DNA from: Malacoraja senta
Lineage: Eukaryota
DNA: 64,000 nucleotides
NCBI GenBank assembly: GCA_038087875.1
Contig: CM075978.1
Coordinates: 136,586,001 to 136,650,000 of the forward strand
Direction: 5' to 3'
The stretch's first letter is position 1; each line of letters opens with the position of its first letter. This document shows, in pieces, positions 1 to 12,744 of the stretch. The position numbers and the translations under genes are program-made. The notes beneath the pieces were generated by a model. That model did no database searches, had not been told where the DNA came from, and saw only the letters and a program-made list of their open reading frames with translations.

Positions 1-83
1 CACGTGCAGTTATATAAGACGTTGGTGAGGCCGCATTTGGAGTATTGTGTTCATTTCTGGGCACCATGTTATAGAAAAGATGT
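1..83 (+). mobile_element. CR1 LINE ORF2 C-terminal fragment
   Basis: Reads [20 protein letters not shown], the typical CR1 ORF2 C-terminal motif. Confidence 0.8.
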
Positions 84-86
84 TGG

Positions 87-172
87 CCTTCACCCAAAAC
101 GTCACCCATTCCTTTTCTCCAGAGCTGCTGCCTGATCTGCTGAGTTACTCCAGCATTTTGTGTCTATCTTCG
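87..172 (+). mobile_element. Penelope-like element (PLE) terminal unit, degenerate hammerhead
   Basis: cccaaaacgtcacccattccttttctccagag...gctgagttactccagcattttgtgtctatct matches the other PLE terminal units in the window. Confidence 0.75.
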
Positions 173-644
173 GTGCTGAGATTATGTCCTCACTTTCATA
201 CTGGGAAATATAGATGCAATGCCCTGTGGACAGCTTTGCACAAGAAGCAACTCAAGTCCCTCTGCACATTGACAGTTCAAAGAACATTTCGGACAGGGCC
301 ATCAAGCATCTCATGGGACATACGCACCACCATTTGCTGCCTCATTGGAGCCCGGATCTGAAAACTTCAGGACTATCTCACTCTCCAGAGAGATGGCACA
401 TGGACCACTTTTACCCCAACTCAGACCGCCGGCTGCCTGAGCCAGGGGATCACAAGGTGCTGTGCATCTAAGCTCATCCACCTGGACAGTGCCAGCATCC
501 GAGCTGGTGGCAGTGAGAGTCAGACTGAGCGACAGACTGTCTGAGGAACAGTAGCCATGACCTTTGGGAGTTCTTTGGGAGTTCTTGGCCATTGGAAAGT
601 AAAAAAGGCACAATGATGTGGTGTCACAGTCAGAGGGAGATAGA

Positions 645-1290
645 GCGGGGATGCAGGTGCTTTGGCCCATCAAATCCCAATGACCATCAATCACCCATTT
701 TTCACAAATACCCCATTGATCCCATTTTTTATTCTTCGCACATATTCTCCAACTGCACCCAGACTCTGCCACTCACCTACACACGAGGCCACAGGGCGGC
801 ACAGCGATAGGGTTGCTGCCTTACAGCGCTTGTAGCGCCGAAGACATGGATTTGATCCCGACTACGGGTGCTGTCTGTATGGAGTTTGTACGTTATCCCC
901 ATGACCTGTGTGAGTTTTCTCCGAGTTCTTTGGTTTCCTCCCACACTCCAAAGACATACAGGTATGTAGGTAAATTGGCTTGGTGTACAAACTGTCCCTC
1001 GTGTGTGTAGGATAGTGTTAATATGCGGGGATCGCTGGTCTGCGCGGACCCAGTGGGCAGAAGGGCCTGTTTCCGTGCTGTATCTCCAAAATAAAATTAT
1101 AAACTCACAGCAGCTAACTAACCCAACAACCTGCTTGCCTTTGTGATGTGGGAAGGAACCCAAATAACTGGAGGAAACAACACTGTCACGGAAAGCATGC
1201 AAACTGCATGCAGAAAGTACCTGAAGTCAAGATTGAACCGGACGGGGTGCCTGGCACTATGTGAGCCATGGGCTGTATCACTGTGTCGCA
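645..1290 (-). mobile_element. Old HE1/V-SINE-like SINE interrupted by a younger SINE
   Basis: Degenerate SINE tail at about 645-790 and degenerate V-domain/tRNA part at about 1110-1290 (gattgaacc, reverse B-box-like) flank the younger copy. Confidence 0.55.
794..1095 (+). mobile_element. HE1/V-SINE-like tRNA-derived SINE
   Basis: tRNA-like head, V-domain ggtttcctcccacactccaaagac, and CR1-derived tail gaagggcctgtttccgtgctgtatctc. Confidence 0.85.
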
Positions 1291-4200
1291 AACAGTTACA
1301 CAATCTCTTTCATCAGTTCTCTGTTCTGCAATGTTGCCATCTCCCTGCTCTTTATTTATGTTAAGCTCTGCAATGTTGGAGACTGATCAATTTGCACACA
1401 CCACCCAATTTCTGCTGCCTATGATCCCCATTACCCTCATGACCCAGGAACTCATTCGTACTCATGGGAATTTTGAATAGCTTATTGCACTCGAAATGAG
1501 TAACACAGAGTGGAAAGGATGAAATAATCATACAAGGAATTTGAAAAAAAAATTGACAAAGGTAACAAATCAAAATAGATTCACATAGGGGGGAAATGGT
1601 AGCATGTAAAAATGGTTTAAATATTGCGCGAAGACAAATAAATAAGTTAAATGCATTTTGGTGCAGAGCCACGGATTTTAATTGCTTTTAAATAAAAAAT
1701 AAATAATTTACTAAGAAACTGACTGCAACATTCCAATGAAACTAGTAGGTGGTTCTGTGTAAGTTAAAAAAGAATAATTTTCAACTACTAAACTGGTCAC
1801 TCAAAGATGCTGGACTTTGTACTTATTAAAGATGCTTATGTTTGTGATTAACTCAAAGTTACCTCTATTAATAAAAGTGGACAAGGTTACCACTCTTAAT
1901 CTAACCTAGGAATAATGTTCTGAAACATACACGGGTTCTTGGAATATTTTATGTCTACTTAGCATGGAAATTTAATAAGTTCAATATTAAGAATTGGTGC
2001 AATTTTCAGTTCAATTTATGCGAAGATGGCTGGCCATGCACGTTAGAAATTTATCCCATCAACACCAAATGAATAAGTAAAAAAGGGTATTCCAACAATA
2101 AACTCTGGATGAATAAAATAGGGCAGGATCAAAAAGTCCTTTTCCACATTTCATTGACAAAGCCCCATTTGGGTACTTCATCTGCCAGAAGTGGCTCAAA
2201 TTTTGGAATTTGAGATATAATAAATTGCTGCCGTAGCTCTATAACCATGGGAAAGGAAATCAGTGAAACATTTCATTTTTAAAGAACCTATGTATTGGAA
2301 TTTCCTTAAAATTATTGCAACCCAGATCCTAAAATTCAGCAAACATTGCGATAAGACCCATTATGAGAAAGACTGGTTAAAACTTCACAATTGGCCCCTT
2401 CATCCCCATATTTTTACTGTTATTAATTTGTAAAACGTACAAATCATTTTTTTCTGTTGCAGTATACATAAAAAATACATGTAGGAAGGAATTGGAGATG
2501 CTGGGTTAAACGGAAGAACATCTATTCCAGTTGGCTCTGGGAGAAGGGAACATCCATACTGTATTTTCAAATTCATTAAAGCAGTTTTGGATATGCATCA
2601 GTCCGAAATCGGCAACATGATTAGGAAACTAGAACTTAGTAAAGAAATTGGAATTTAATCTTCCAGGAAACCATCTTACATTAATGCCGTGACTGGTAGG
2701 TAATGTAAATGCATGTTCTTTGTGAACTATGAAACCAGTTTCAACTAAAGTAGCTAATCTAAATAACAGGAATGTGATATTTTACACGTGTTTTAAGTCA
2801 GTTTTGAATCACAGCAAAATAGTTCACGATAACAAAAGGTTAAAAAGATGGTCCAGTGAGTTCATTCTGTATGGCTCTGCAAGATGAAAACTAGAAAATC
2901 GGGATGATTACCTGTATCCAACATAGACCTTTATACTTCTACTCAACCCTCTTCCAGTCGACCAAGTTAAACCTTTCTTCATCATCAGTCAAATGTGGAG
3001 ATCAACCTCCTTTTGTCTCTGGTTAATCACCTTTTTTCACCTTGTCCATTTTGATCAAATTTCCCTTCCTGTCCCACATAATATTTGATACCGTGAGGAG
3101 TTCCCTCCCTTCTGCCCTCCTCACATGAAAGGAAGACCACACCACTCATTATACACTCATTAAAATAAAAAATAAAAAACTGCAACTTTGTAGAAATATA
3201 TTTTAAAAGCAAGCTTTTATGCCAAACAATGAATAGGGTGATCTGATTGTTTTACCTCTAAATTTTCTGTGGGTAGGAACAGAAAATGAATTATGTTGAA
3301 TTTCAGAGATGTATTGTAAACAAGCATCATCACACAATATAAGTTTTGCTTGACTTTGATATGAAATGTTTTCATTAGGATAGGTATTGTGTGTGTCATG
3401 CCACTTAATGTTGTACAATTAGTACCAATAATGCCCATAGTGCCCACAAATGTTTGCATTCTTTAATCCATATTCAGACAATAACATTATATAATGTTAA
3501 TACTTTCAAAAATAAAAAAATGACATTAAAGAGATTACTAGAAATTATAATTCACCAAGATGTACTTATAATTATCAGATTATGGCTGTACAAAAAATTA
3601 CATTTGTCTATACAGCATTGAGACAATTACAAAGAGAGGAGGGCGTACAATAGGATATCTAGCTTTTATTTCAATCTACCCACCCCATTGAAAAAAAAAC
3701 TTCTGGCAATAGCTATGACTGAATGGAAACCCAGAAATAGAGCTGATCGATACTTTTGACTGTGAAAGCAATTGTGTTCTCAGGGGTAGCGCGCATTGTA
3801 TTTCTAAGTGCCTATGTGATATGATCCTTGGCCACTGTGAATGGAATGGAAACAGAATGCCATCTGAGGGAGATGCAAGTGCTAATGTGGTGAGGTAATG
3901 TGGTAAAGAATAGAATCCAACAAGGATAGCAATACTGCAGAGCTCAAAATAAGGTAACTGGTCTCTCTAAAATATTAAAATAAACTTAACATTACCTTCA
4001 CCAAAATATTTTTTTATGTCTGCATCCTCAAAGAAAAATAAAACCTTATAATAGATTTGTCTTAATCATTAATTACCCCATGAACAGGAAGAACCACAAA
4101 GGCACAAGGGGAAATAGAACAAATAATTTGTAGGTTAAAACCTAGCCAACATTTATCTGTTTAAAACCTTTCAACTGTTCATTTTGCCATTGTTTATTTA

Positions 4201-4662
4201 ATTGGCCTGGAACTATTTCTAATCATAATCTCGGCACAGACTTTGTGAAGGAGCATCCTTGTACTGGAGAGCAGTGTGGGCACTGTGGAGTGCAGGATGA
4301 CTCAGTCCAATAATGAGTACCATAGGGATGGAAATGGCCATGAATGCCCAACTGCAAAGTTATCAGTTTTACCAACTTCATAGCTTCGATCTGAGTAAGG
4401 GGAACATTTTCTTTTTGATTATTCATTTAGCTACGATTTTTGGAAGCCATCGACATTGAAGAAGCCATTCAATTTAGTTGAAATGGATCAGGGGACCTCG
4501 TCTTGACCTAAATCAATGGGCAAATGCACTCGATGAATACTGAAATGTTTGATCAATTAATCACTTGGTTCTTTGTGTTAAATAATTTGTCCTCGAAAGG
4601 CCGTGACTGGTTCAAACGTGAGCACAAAAGCTTCAGGAAGGAAGTTGGATATTTATTTAAAA

Positions 4663-4967
4663 GGCGGGAAGCACAGTGGCAGAGCCGCTGCCTCACAGTG
4701 CCAGAGACACAGGTTCGATCCTGACCTCGGGCCTGTCTGTGTGGAGTTGCACCTTCTCCCTGTAACTGCGTGGGTTTCTTCTGGATACTCCAGTTTCTTC
4801 CCACATCCTGAAGACGTGCAGGTTTGTAGGTTAATTGGCCTCTGTAAATTGATAGCTGTGTGTAGATGGTGGATGCAAAAGTGGGATTACGTAGAACAGG
4901 TGTGAACGGGTGATATATGGTCGTGGTAGGCTGAAGGGTCTGTTTCCATGCTGTATCTCTAAATTAA
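4663..4967 (+). mobile_element. HE1/V-SINE-like SINE
   Basis: Intact B-box GGTTCGATCC at 4712-4721, V-domain, and tail ctgtttccatgctgtatctctaaa. Confidence 0.85.
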
Positions 4968-5221
4968 GGTGGAGTTTGGAGGACAATGAGGTTCCAGTGC
5001 AGCAGCTAGAGCCAACATGTGATCATGTAATCGATTAGAAATATCTCCCATGAAAAACATGAGACTTAATATTGTTAGATGGGTAGGTAAGTAGGATGCA
5101 AGATAAAGTGGGCCACGCATGCTGGGCAGAAGTAAACAAGACCAATGGTCATCTCTAAAGGCCGAGTGACTACTACTTCATGTACTACTGCATTCTATGA
5201 AACATGCAGTATATTGAGTGT

Positions 5222-5391
5222 TTAAGAAGGAACTGCAGATGCTGGAAAATCAAAGGTAGACAAAAGTGCTGGAGAAACTCAGCGGGTGCAGCAGCATCTA
5301 TGGAGCGAAGGAAATAGGCAACGTTTCGGGCCGAAACGTTGCCTATTTCCTTCGCTCCATAAATGCTGCTGCACCCGCTGAGTTTCTCCAG
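5222..5391. mobile_element. Fold-back PLE terminal unit (123-bp palindrome) with 15-bp TSD
   Basis: 61-bp arms at 5269-5329 and 5331-5391 with one mismatch; cagtatattgagtgt duplicated at 5207-5221 and 5389-5403. Confidence 0.9.
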
Positions 5392-5644
5392 TATATTGAG
5401 TGTGTTCTGTTTCATTTCCATATTTTCAAGTCCAATGTCAATAAATTATGAAAATGGCTTCATTAAGTTAAAATACTCTTCTTCCTCTGTACTTTCAAAT
5501 ACGTTTTTTATATTTGAATTTTAACATTTATATGCAATTATGAACTGTTAAGGCCACAATAATACACAAATTTGAAAGCTACTTTGAAGCCAGTATGATA
5601 TTTATCTTCTCTGTTCATTGATGAGACATGCTAGTCATTGGACG

Positions 5645-5712
5645 CAAGCATGCTCACACTCACACTCACATGCACACATGCATGCACACAGAGTCACACA
5701 TGCACACACACC
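5645..5712. repeat. Degenerate (CA)n/(CATG) microsatellite
   Basis: cacactcacactcacatgcacacatgcatgcacaca. Confidence 0.8.
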
Positions 5713-7054
5713 AACAGCGTATCCACTGCCAAAATATGAACATTTTGTTGGTGAAAATGAAGGTTTGTCAAATTTCCTTTAGGTAGCTCCATAATAGCAA
5801 TGTCATAATATTCATAGTTCTGCAAAATTAGTAAGCATACTCAAAATTTCTACTCGAATCACCTCATCACTTAAGGTTAACAAGTAATGCAAGCAGATAT
5901 CCTATGTTTCTATTGGAATATAGATTTTTATCCTTACAGAATGAGTTCCTCAGATCGTTTCAAAGTTCCAATAGTCAGTGTCTCGTTGGCTCATCATCAC
6001 AATGACCCATCTTTTATTACATTGTTCCATACGGAGCTGTGAACATTAGGTTTGGGCAGGACCAAGGTCGCCCCTCCCCATAAATTTGTGCTCGAGAGTC
6101 ATAGATTAAAAAATGGCCAAATGGACAAGATGGTGGAGCTCAGCAAGGAGTCAACACCTTCAGGTAGCCAGAGGAGTGGAGGAAATTGGAGACAGGTGGA
6201 AAGCAGATAGGTGAGCAGATTGTTCCAAACACCTTATCCCTTCAAAATGAAAATCCTAAATGACAATTTAAAAGACGATATGTGAGGTGCTTTTTAGCAA
6301 TACAATTAATTTGTTTCTATGCTAATAATATTTTCTTGTACTCTGTGTTTGTTATGTGCCATTTAATAAAACCTGTCAACATCAATTTTAAACAGGTGCC
6401 CAGGATATTAACCAAAATAAAATATAGTTCATGAGCATACTTCTGCTACTCACTAATTTCAAAAGTCATCTTTAAATGTTCTGTGAATTTAGGGTTAAAA
6501 ATTTCTGGTGGGTAAGTGTTATGCTTTAATTCTGTTAGGCTGCCCTTGCCATATCTAGCACATATAAATTCACACATGCTCAGAGATCTTAAAACTGGTC
6601 AACCAGTCAGAAAGGAACTGACGTTAATTAGTTATGAAGTGAGGAATGAACAGGCATTAGTACTGAGACTAATCAATGGGAAAATCAGTCCGAGCAGGCA
6701 GACTAATGAACTGCTATGCATCTGTTTATTTTTAGATGGTTCCAGCAATTTTACATTATAAATAAATACAACACAGTTCACTTACTGCTAACCATTCTAG
6801 TATTGGATCTATTTCAGTATTCCCAATGAAGGAAAATAAGCCAAATTTATATTAGAATTGTATACTGCAGTGCAGCATCTTGAAGCCTCAACCAGTTTTA
6901 CAGAAATTTGAATATCAAATTAAAATCAGCATGTGGACAGACCCACCAGCCCACAGACGGCTACCTGGCTGCCAAGAGTATACACTCAAATGACCGGCAT
7001 CTTATTGCAAATCTTAGTGCTTCCTGATATCAAATTATTTTACGCAATGCATTG

Positions 7055-7812
7055 AAGACAAAACTACAGGAAAAGGGGTGAAGTGCACACCCCAGTCTGT
7101 ATCAAAGGTGCTGAAAAGGAGAAGATCGAGGGCTTCACGTTCCCAGGTGTAAATATCACTAGCAATTTGTCCGGGATCAATGCAAATGCCACTATGGCCA
7201 AGAAATGCCCACCATTGTCTCTACTTCCTCAGATGGCTAAAGAAATTCAGCACGTCTCCAATGGCCCTGAACAATTTCTGCAGATGCATCCGCTCTAGAT
7301 GCATCACAGCTTGGTATGGCAACTGCTTTGCCCAAGACGGTGAGAAATTGCAGAGTTGTGAACACAGCCCAAACTATCACACAAACCAATCTTTCCCACA
7401 TTGACTCCATCCACACTTCATGCTGCTTCGGGAAAGCCGTTAACATAACCAGCACCACTCACACACCAGCCATTCTCTGTCACCTCCTCTCCCATTAAGC
7501 AGAGATACAAAAGCCTGAAAACACATACCACCATATTCAAGGATAGCCTCTTCCCAGCTATTATCAGACCCTTGAAAAGACCCCTCATGTGTTAAGGATA
7601 AATCCTTGATCACCCAACCTACCTGGTAGTGGCCTTTGCACTTTTCTTTTATCTGCAGTTTCTTGGTAGCCGTACCACTATATTCTGCACTGTTTCTTTA
7701 CACTTTTGCGCTGCTTTTTGTACTCCTGTATAGTATGAATTGCCTTGACAGCACGGCAAACAAAGGTTTTCACTATCTCAGTACAGGTGACAATAATAAA
7801 CCAATACAATAA
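7055..7812 (+). mobile_element. Rex1/Babar-like LINE 3' fragment (frameshifted)
   Basis: Peptides across frames FTFPGVNITSNLS, LYFLRWLKKF, CITAWYGNC and RVVNTAQTIT; tail ends gtgacaataataaacc. Confidence 0.75.
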
Positions 7813-9696
7813 AGATTAAAATAAATCATAGTAAAAAAAGATGTTCTTCTATTCCAGTTGATGTTGGTAGAAATGAAAAGACTGGCTTTGTTTTGCGTTG
7901 CAGGAATTTCACTGCTAAACCGCAGAAATATCCAGTGCTGCAAATGCCTTAGCGGCAAATGGGGAATCAAAATATTAAAATAGGAATTTTATTTTCAAAC
8001 AAATAATTGCTCTCAATGAATAATAAAGGTATTTGAGAAAAAAGGCTATACCAGTCATAATAGTTTAACTGCGCATCCTATTAGTTAAGATTTTTTCTCG
8101 TTCTGTGCCAAGTGAAATGGAATACTTTTCACTGTAGAAATGCAATTATCATGGTTGAGGTTATAAGAAATAAAAAGCGTATATGCACGAAAGTCAAAAG
8201 TAATATTTATTTCTCTGGAAATATCCCTTGAATCCACTGAAGTAAAACATGCTTATTTTGTTGCGTTTATTTGCTCATTATAGAAATGCCACTTTGAGAC
8301 TCTGATGGCCAATCCTGCCAATTTTTCCAAGTCTTACATTTTCATGGTTGCTTAGAGCTGTTAAATGTGAAAGCATATGCAATAAGAAATTTCATGGCCC
8401 TAAATTACACTAAGTTATGGGCAAATCAAAATAAAAAGATTTACAGTAATCAACCATACAATTTGGTTCTTAACAAAACTCAGTGTATATCTCAACAGCT
8501 TCTGCGTCCTTTTACTGTTTTTAAATAAACACTATCTACCTTAAACTGCACTGCATTACTCGTCATACAAGTTCTGCATAATTCCACTAATTTTCATTTG
8601 CCTCAAAAGCAGTTTATAGCTGTAGATGTTTTTTAAAATAAGCCCTCTTTGCTTCTGCAGCTCAACCCCCTCATTATAAGCCCATTCTCATCCCCTTCCC
8701 ACTTCTCCTGCAAACTCCATAAATGATCTTCAAACAAATCACTTAGAATATGAAACATGGAATATAGAAAAATACGGCACAAAAACAGGCCCTTCGGCCC
8801 AGTGACTGTGCCATGACCATCTCTTATCCACCTGCACTAAATCCATATCCCTCCCACCTGCATATCCATATATCTATCCAAAAGCCTCATTAATGCCTGT
8901 ATCGTATCTGCCTTAATCACTAAAACAAGCAACATGTTCCAGGCATTCACCACCCTCTGTGTAAAAATGTTGTTCACCAAATCTCCTTTAAACTTTGCCT
9001 CGTTCACCTTAAAGCTGGCTCTCTAGTATTTGATTTTTCTATCAAGGGAAAAAGGTTCCGACTGTCTACCCTATCTATGCCAAATAATTTTATACACTTC
9101 TATCTGGTCTCCTTACAACCTTCGGCGTTTCAGAGAAAACAATCCAAGTCAGTTCAATCTCTTGTTGCAGCGAATAACCCATAATTTAGGCATCACTCTG
9201 GTAAAACTCCACTGCACCCTTTCCAAAGCCTTCACATTGTTCCAGTTATGGGGTGACCAGAACTCTACGCAATACTCCAAATACAGCCTAACCAAAGTCC
9301 TATAAAGCTGCATCACGACTTCCTGACACTTATACTCAATGCCCCAACCTATGAAAGCAAGCATACCATATGCCTTCTTTACCACTCTATTTACTTGTAT
9401 TGACACTTTCAGGCAGTTATGGACAGACCCTAAGATCCCTCTGTATGTACATCAATGTTGTTCAGGGTCATGCCATTAATTGTATATTTTCTCCTTACAT
9501 TTGACCTTCCACTTCTGTAGCTGATCTCTATCCCACTGTATACCTTGACAAGCTTCCTCACAGTCTGCAACCCCAGTAATCTTGGTGTTAACTGCAAACT
9601 TACTAACCAATCCATCTACGTTACAGCAGAGGTCCCAGCACAGATCCCTGCAAAACTCCACTGGTCACAGACCTCCATCCTGAATATTGTCATTTC

Positions 9697-9997
9697 TGTC
9701 AGCAGGCCCCGAAATGGAAAGGACTCGAATGCAGGCTCACCGAGAAGTACTGAAGAAAACCAAAAATCCAGACACAAATGGAACCAACAGATATAGACCA
9801 GGAACAGACAGAACTCAAAACTGCCATCAAATGGACAGAATGCAGAACTGATTAGTCGGCACCCAATCGGTGATGATCTCAGGTATTTATACTAAGTGAT
9901 AGATTAGGGGAGCAGATCAAATGCAGGTGTAACTGCTAATAGCTCAGGGAAGGGGTGTGTAAAGTCTCAAATGTCTGGAGGTGTGGCAAGTGTGACA
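9697..9997 (-). repeat. 3' LTR of the Gypsy element
   Basis: TGTCA...TGACA termini, 301 bp, colinear with 12283-12557. Confidence 0.9.
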
Positions 9998-9999
9998 GG

Positions 10000-12245
10000 A
10001 GCCACACTAACACGAACGCCTCCTGGCGTTCTCTTTGGCTGGTCCGGATACTGCTGATGAAAGTCACGGATCAGGGAGGGGTCCAGGATGTCACGGGCAG
10101 GAATCCAGCTCCCCTCCTCTGGACCGTAGCCCTCCCAGTCAACCAGGTACTGGATCCCTCTGCCACACCGCCGGGATTTCAACAGTTGCTTCACCGTGTA
10201 CACCGGACCATCGGCAATGATGCGGAGGTAGCAGAGGAGCGGGAGACAGGGAGCTGGAGGACAGGCTTATCCCGGGATACGTGAAATGTGGGGCGAATCC
10301 ACATTGACCGGGGTAGTCCAAGGCGGACAGCAAAGCAGTTAACGATCTTGAGAATGGGCCAATAAACTGGGGTGCCAACTTACGGGACTCAACGCGGAGT
10401 GGGAGATCTCGGGTGGACAGCCATACCCTCTGACCAGGGCGATAGCGAGGGGTAGGGGTTCTGTGACGATCCGCCTGTCATCTATACATGGTAGCGTTGC
10501 GGAGCAGTGAAGAACACAAACTCCTGGGCAGAGGGAACAGAGACCTCCTCCTCTTGGTCTGGGAACAGAGGTGGCTGATAACCAAGGGAGCAGTGGAATG
10601 GAGGCAGAACTGGGCAGAGAACTGTGGGCATATTCAATCCATACCAATTTGCTAGACCAGGAGGTAGGTTGGCAGACATCAGGCAATGTAGGGTGGTCTC
10701 CAGGGCCTGGTTGTCTCTCTCCGACTGACCATTAGATTGTGGATGGAACCCAGATGAGAGGCTGGCGGAGGAGCAAACCAGGGAGCAGAAAGCCTTCCAA
10801 AATTGTGAGGTGAACTGCGGACCCCTGTCTGAGACGATGTCTCAAGGGAAACCATGGAGTCTGATGACCTGGTTTACAATGAGGTGAGCAAGTTCTACAG
10901 CAGATGGGAGCTTAGGAAGAGGAAGGAAATGAGCAGCCTTGGAGAAACGGACCACGATGGTAACAAACCGTATTACCCTTGGACGGAGGCAAGCTGGTGA
11001 TGAAGTCCAGGGCGATGTGGGACCAGGGACGGCGGGGAACAAGCAGGGGATGGAGATGATCAGAGGGAGGCTGACGGGAAGTCTTACTCTGTACACAGGC
11101 AGAGCAGGCGGAGACGAAAGACCGGGTGCGGCCTCAACGGTGGGCCAGCAGAACCACTGGCGCAGCAGGTAGAGGGTGCGGCTGGTGCCAGGATAACAGG
11201 CGAGATTAGAGGAATGGGCCCACTGGAGTACTTCAGAGTGAGCGGAGGCCAGGACAAATAACTTATTGGGGGGTCCAGAACCAGGATCGGGGTGATGACA
11301 CTGGGCATTGCAGACTGTGGTCTCTATCTCCCAGGTAATAGAGCCCACAAGGCAGGTGGGAGGCAGGATGGGTTTGTGGGAATGGCTATCCTGGTCGTAA
11401 CTGAACTGGCAGGAGAGGGAGTCAGGCTTGACATTCTTGGACCCAGGGCTGTATGACAAGGTGACGTGAAAAACAGGGCCCACTGGGCTTGACGGGGTTA
11501 AACCACTTCACCGAACGCAGATACTCCAGGTTCTTGTGGTCCATCCAGACTTGGAATGGCTGCTCCGTGCCCTCCAACCAATTCCTCCACTCTTCCAACG
11601 CCAGTTTCACTGGCAGCAGTTCCCTGTTGCCGATGTCATAATTCCTCTCAGCCGGGGAGAGGCAGCGAGAGAAGAAGGCACAGGGATGTATCTTCTGGTC
11701 CTTGGAGGAGCGTTGGTAAAGCACTGTCTCAACTCAAACTTCAGAGACGTCAACCTCCACCACAAACTGACATGCCGGGTTAGGATGCTCCAGGATGGGG
11801 GTGGTAGTGAAGCGATGCTTAAGATGGAATGCCCCCTCAACAGCAGGGGACCAGGCAAGTAGACGTGAGAGCAGTGAGAGGAGCAGCCAGGATGCTGTAG
11901 TTGTGGATAAAGCTGCGGTAAAAATTGGTGAAGCCGAAGAAGCATTGTAGCTCCCTCAGGCCAGGCCAATATATCACCCTCAGGCCAGGCCAATAGGCTC
12001 AGGCCAATATACCACCACCCTCACCTTTCCTGGATCCATCTCGACGGCCAGCAAAGAGGATGTATCCCAGGAAAGACACCAAGGGCTGGTGAAACTCACA
12101 CTTCTCTGCCTTGATGAACAGCTGGTTTTCCCCATAGCTGCTGCAGGACGAGACGGACAGGGCCCGTATGTTCCGATGCAGAGCCAGAATACACAAGGAT
12201 GTCATCCAGATAAACAAAAACAAACCGGTTCAGCACATCAATGAC
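10000..12245 (-). pseudogene. Gypsy pol remnant (RT C-terminus, RNase H, integrase, chromodomain), frameshifted
   Basis: [11 protein letters not shown]; [11 protein letters not shown]; [35 protein letters not shown]; [14 protein letters not shown]; [16 protein letters not shown]; APQFIGPF; chromodomain [34 protein letters not shown]. Confidence 0.9.
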
Positions 12246-12271
12246 CAAAATTGCCAGATGAGTCCACACTG

Positions 12272-12282
12272 GCTGACTAATC
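12272..12282 (-). promoter_or_regulatory. Self-priming primer-binding site
   Basis: GATTAGTCAGC on the minus strand abuts the 5' LTR and is complementary to the LTR sequence 31 nt downstream of the TATA box. Confidence 0.75.
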
Positions 12283-12557
12283 TGTCAGCAGGCCCCAAAA
12301 TTGAAAGGACTCGAAAGCAGGCTCACCGAGAAGTACTGAAGAAAACCAAAAATCCAGACGTGAATGGAACCGAAAGATATAGACCAGGAACCGACAGAAT
12401 TCAGAACTGCTATCGAACCGACAGAATGCAGAACTGGTTAGTCAGCACCCAATTGGTGATGATCTCAGGTATTTATACTAAGTGATAGATTAGGGGAGCA
12501 GATCAAATGCAGGTGTAACTCCAAATGCAAGTGTCTGGAGGAGTGGCAAGTTGGAAA
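12283..12557 (-). repeat. 5' LTR of the Gypsy element, with TATA box
   Basis: 275 bp, 26 bp shorter than the other LTR; TATAAATA on the minus strand at 12470-12477. Confidence 0.88.
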
Positions 12558-12596
12558 ATTTCACCACAACCGGTTGTCTGCTATCAGTAAGCCAGT

Positions 12597-12744
12597 ATCA
12601 TTGACAGAAGCCTCCTCGTGGCGATCCCCGGAAACGACGACACGATGCACTCAGTGATGCGTCGGGCGACCAATTCTGTCAACATGTTGGACGACGACGG
12701 ACGCCAACAGCGAGTTATGCGTCGTCTGACACACAAGCGAACGA
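12597..12744. other. Unidentified 148-bp CpG-rich insertion with 11-bp TSD
   Basis: agtaagccagt duplicated at 12586-12596 and 12745-12755; CR1 sequence resumes after the second copy; 18 CpGs. Confidence 0.8.

Larger units (their letters stand above)
9697..12557 (-). mobile_element. Ty3/Gypsy chromovirus (Tf1/sushi-like) LTR retrotransposon, internally deleted
   Basis: LTRs at 9697-9997 and 12283-12557; 5-bp TSD ATTTC at 9692-9696 and 12558-12562; RT, RNase H, integrase and chromodomain remnants on the minus strand. Confidence 0.92.

Noticed and set aside
4663-4735. tRNA gene suggested by the B-box GGTTCGATCC
   Set aside because: It is a SINE head continuing into the V-domain and LINE tail, with no full cloverleaf
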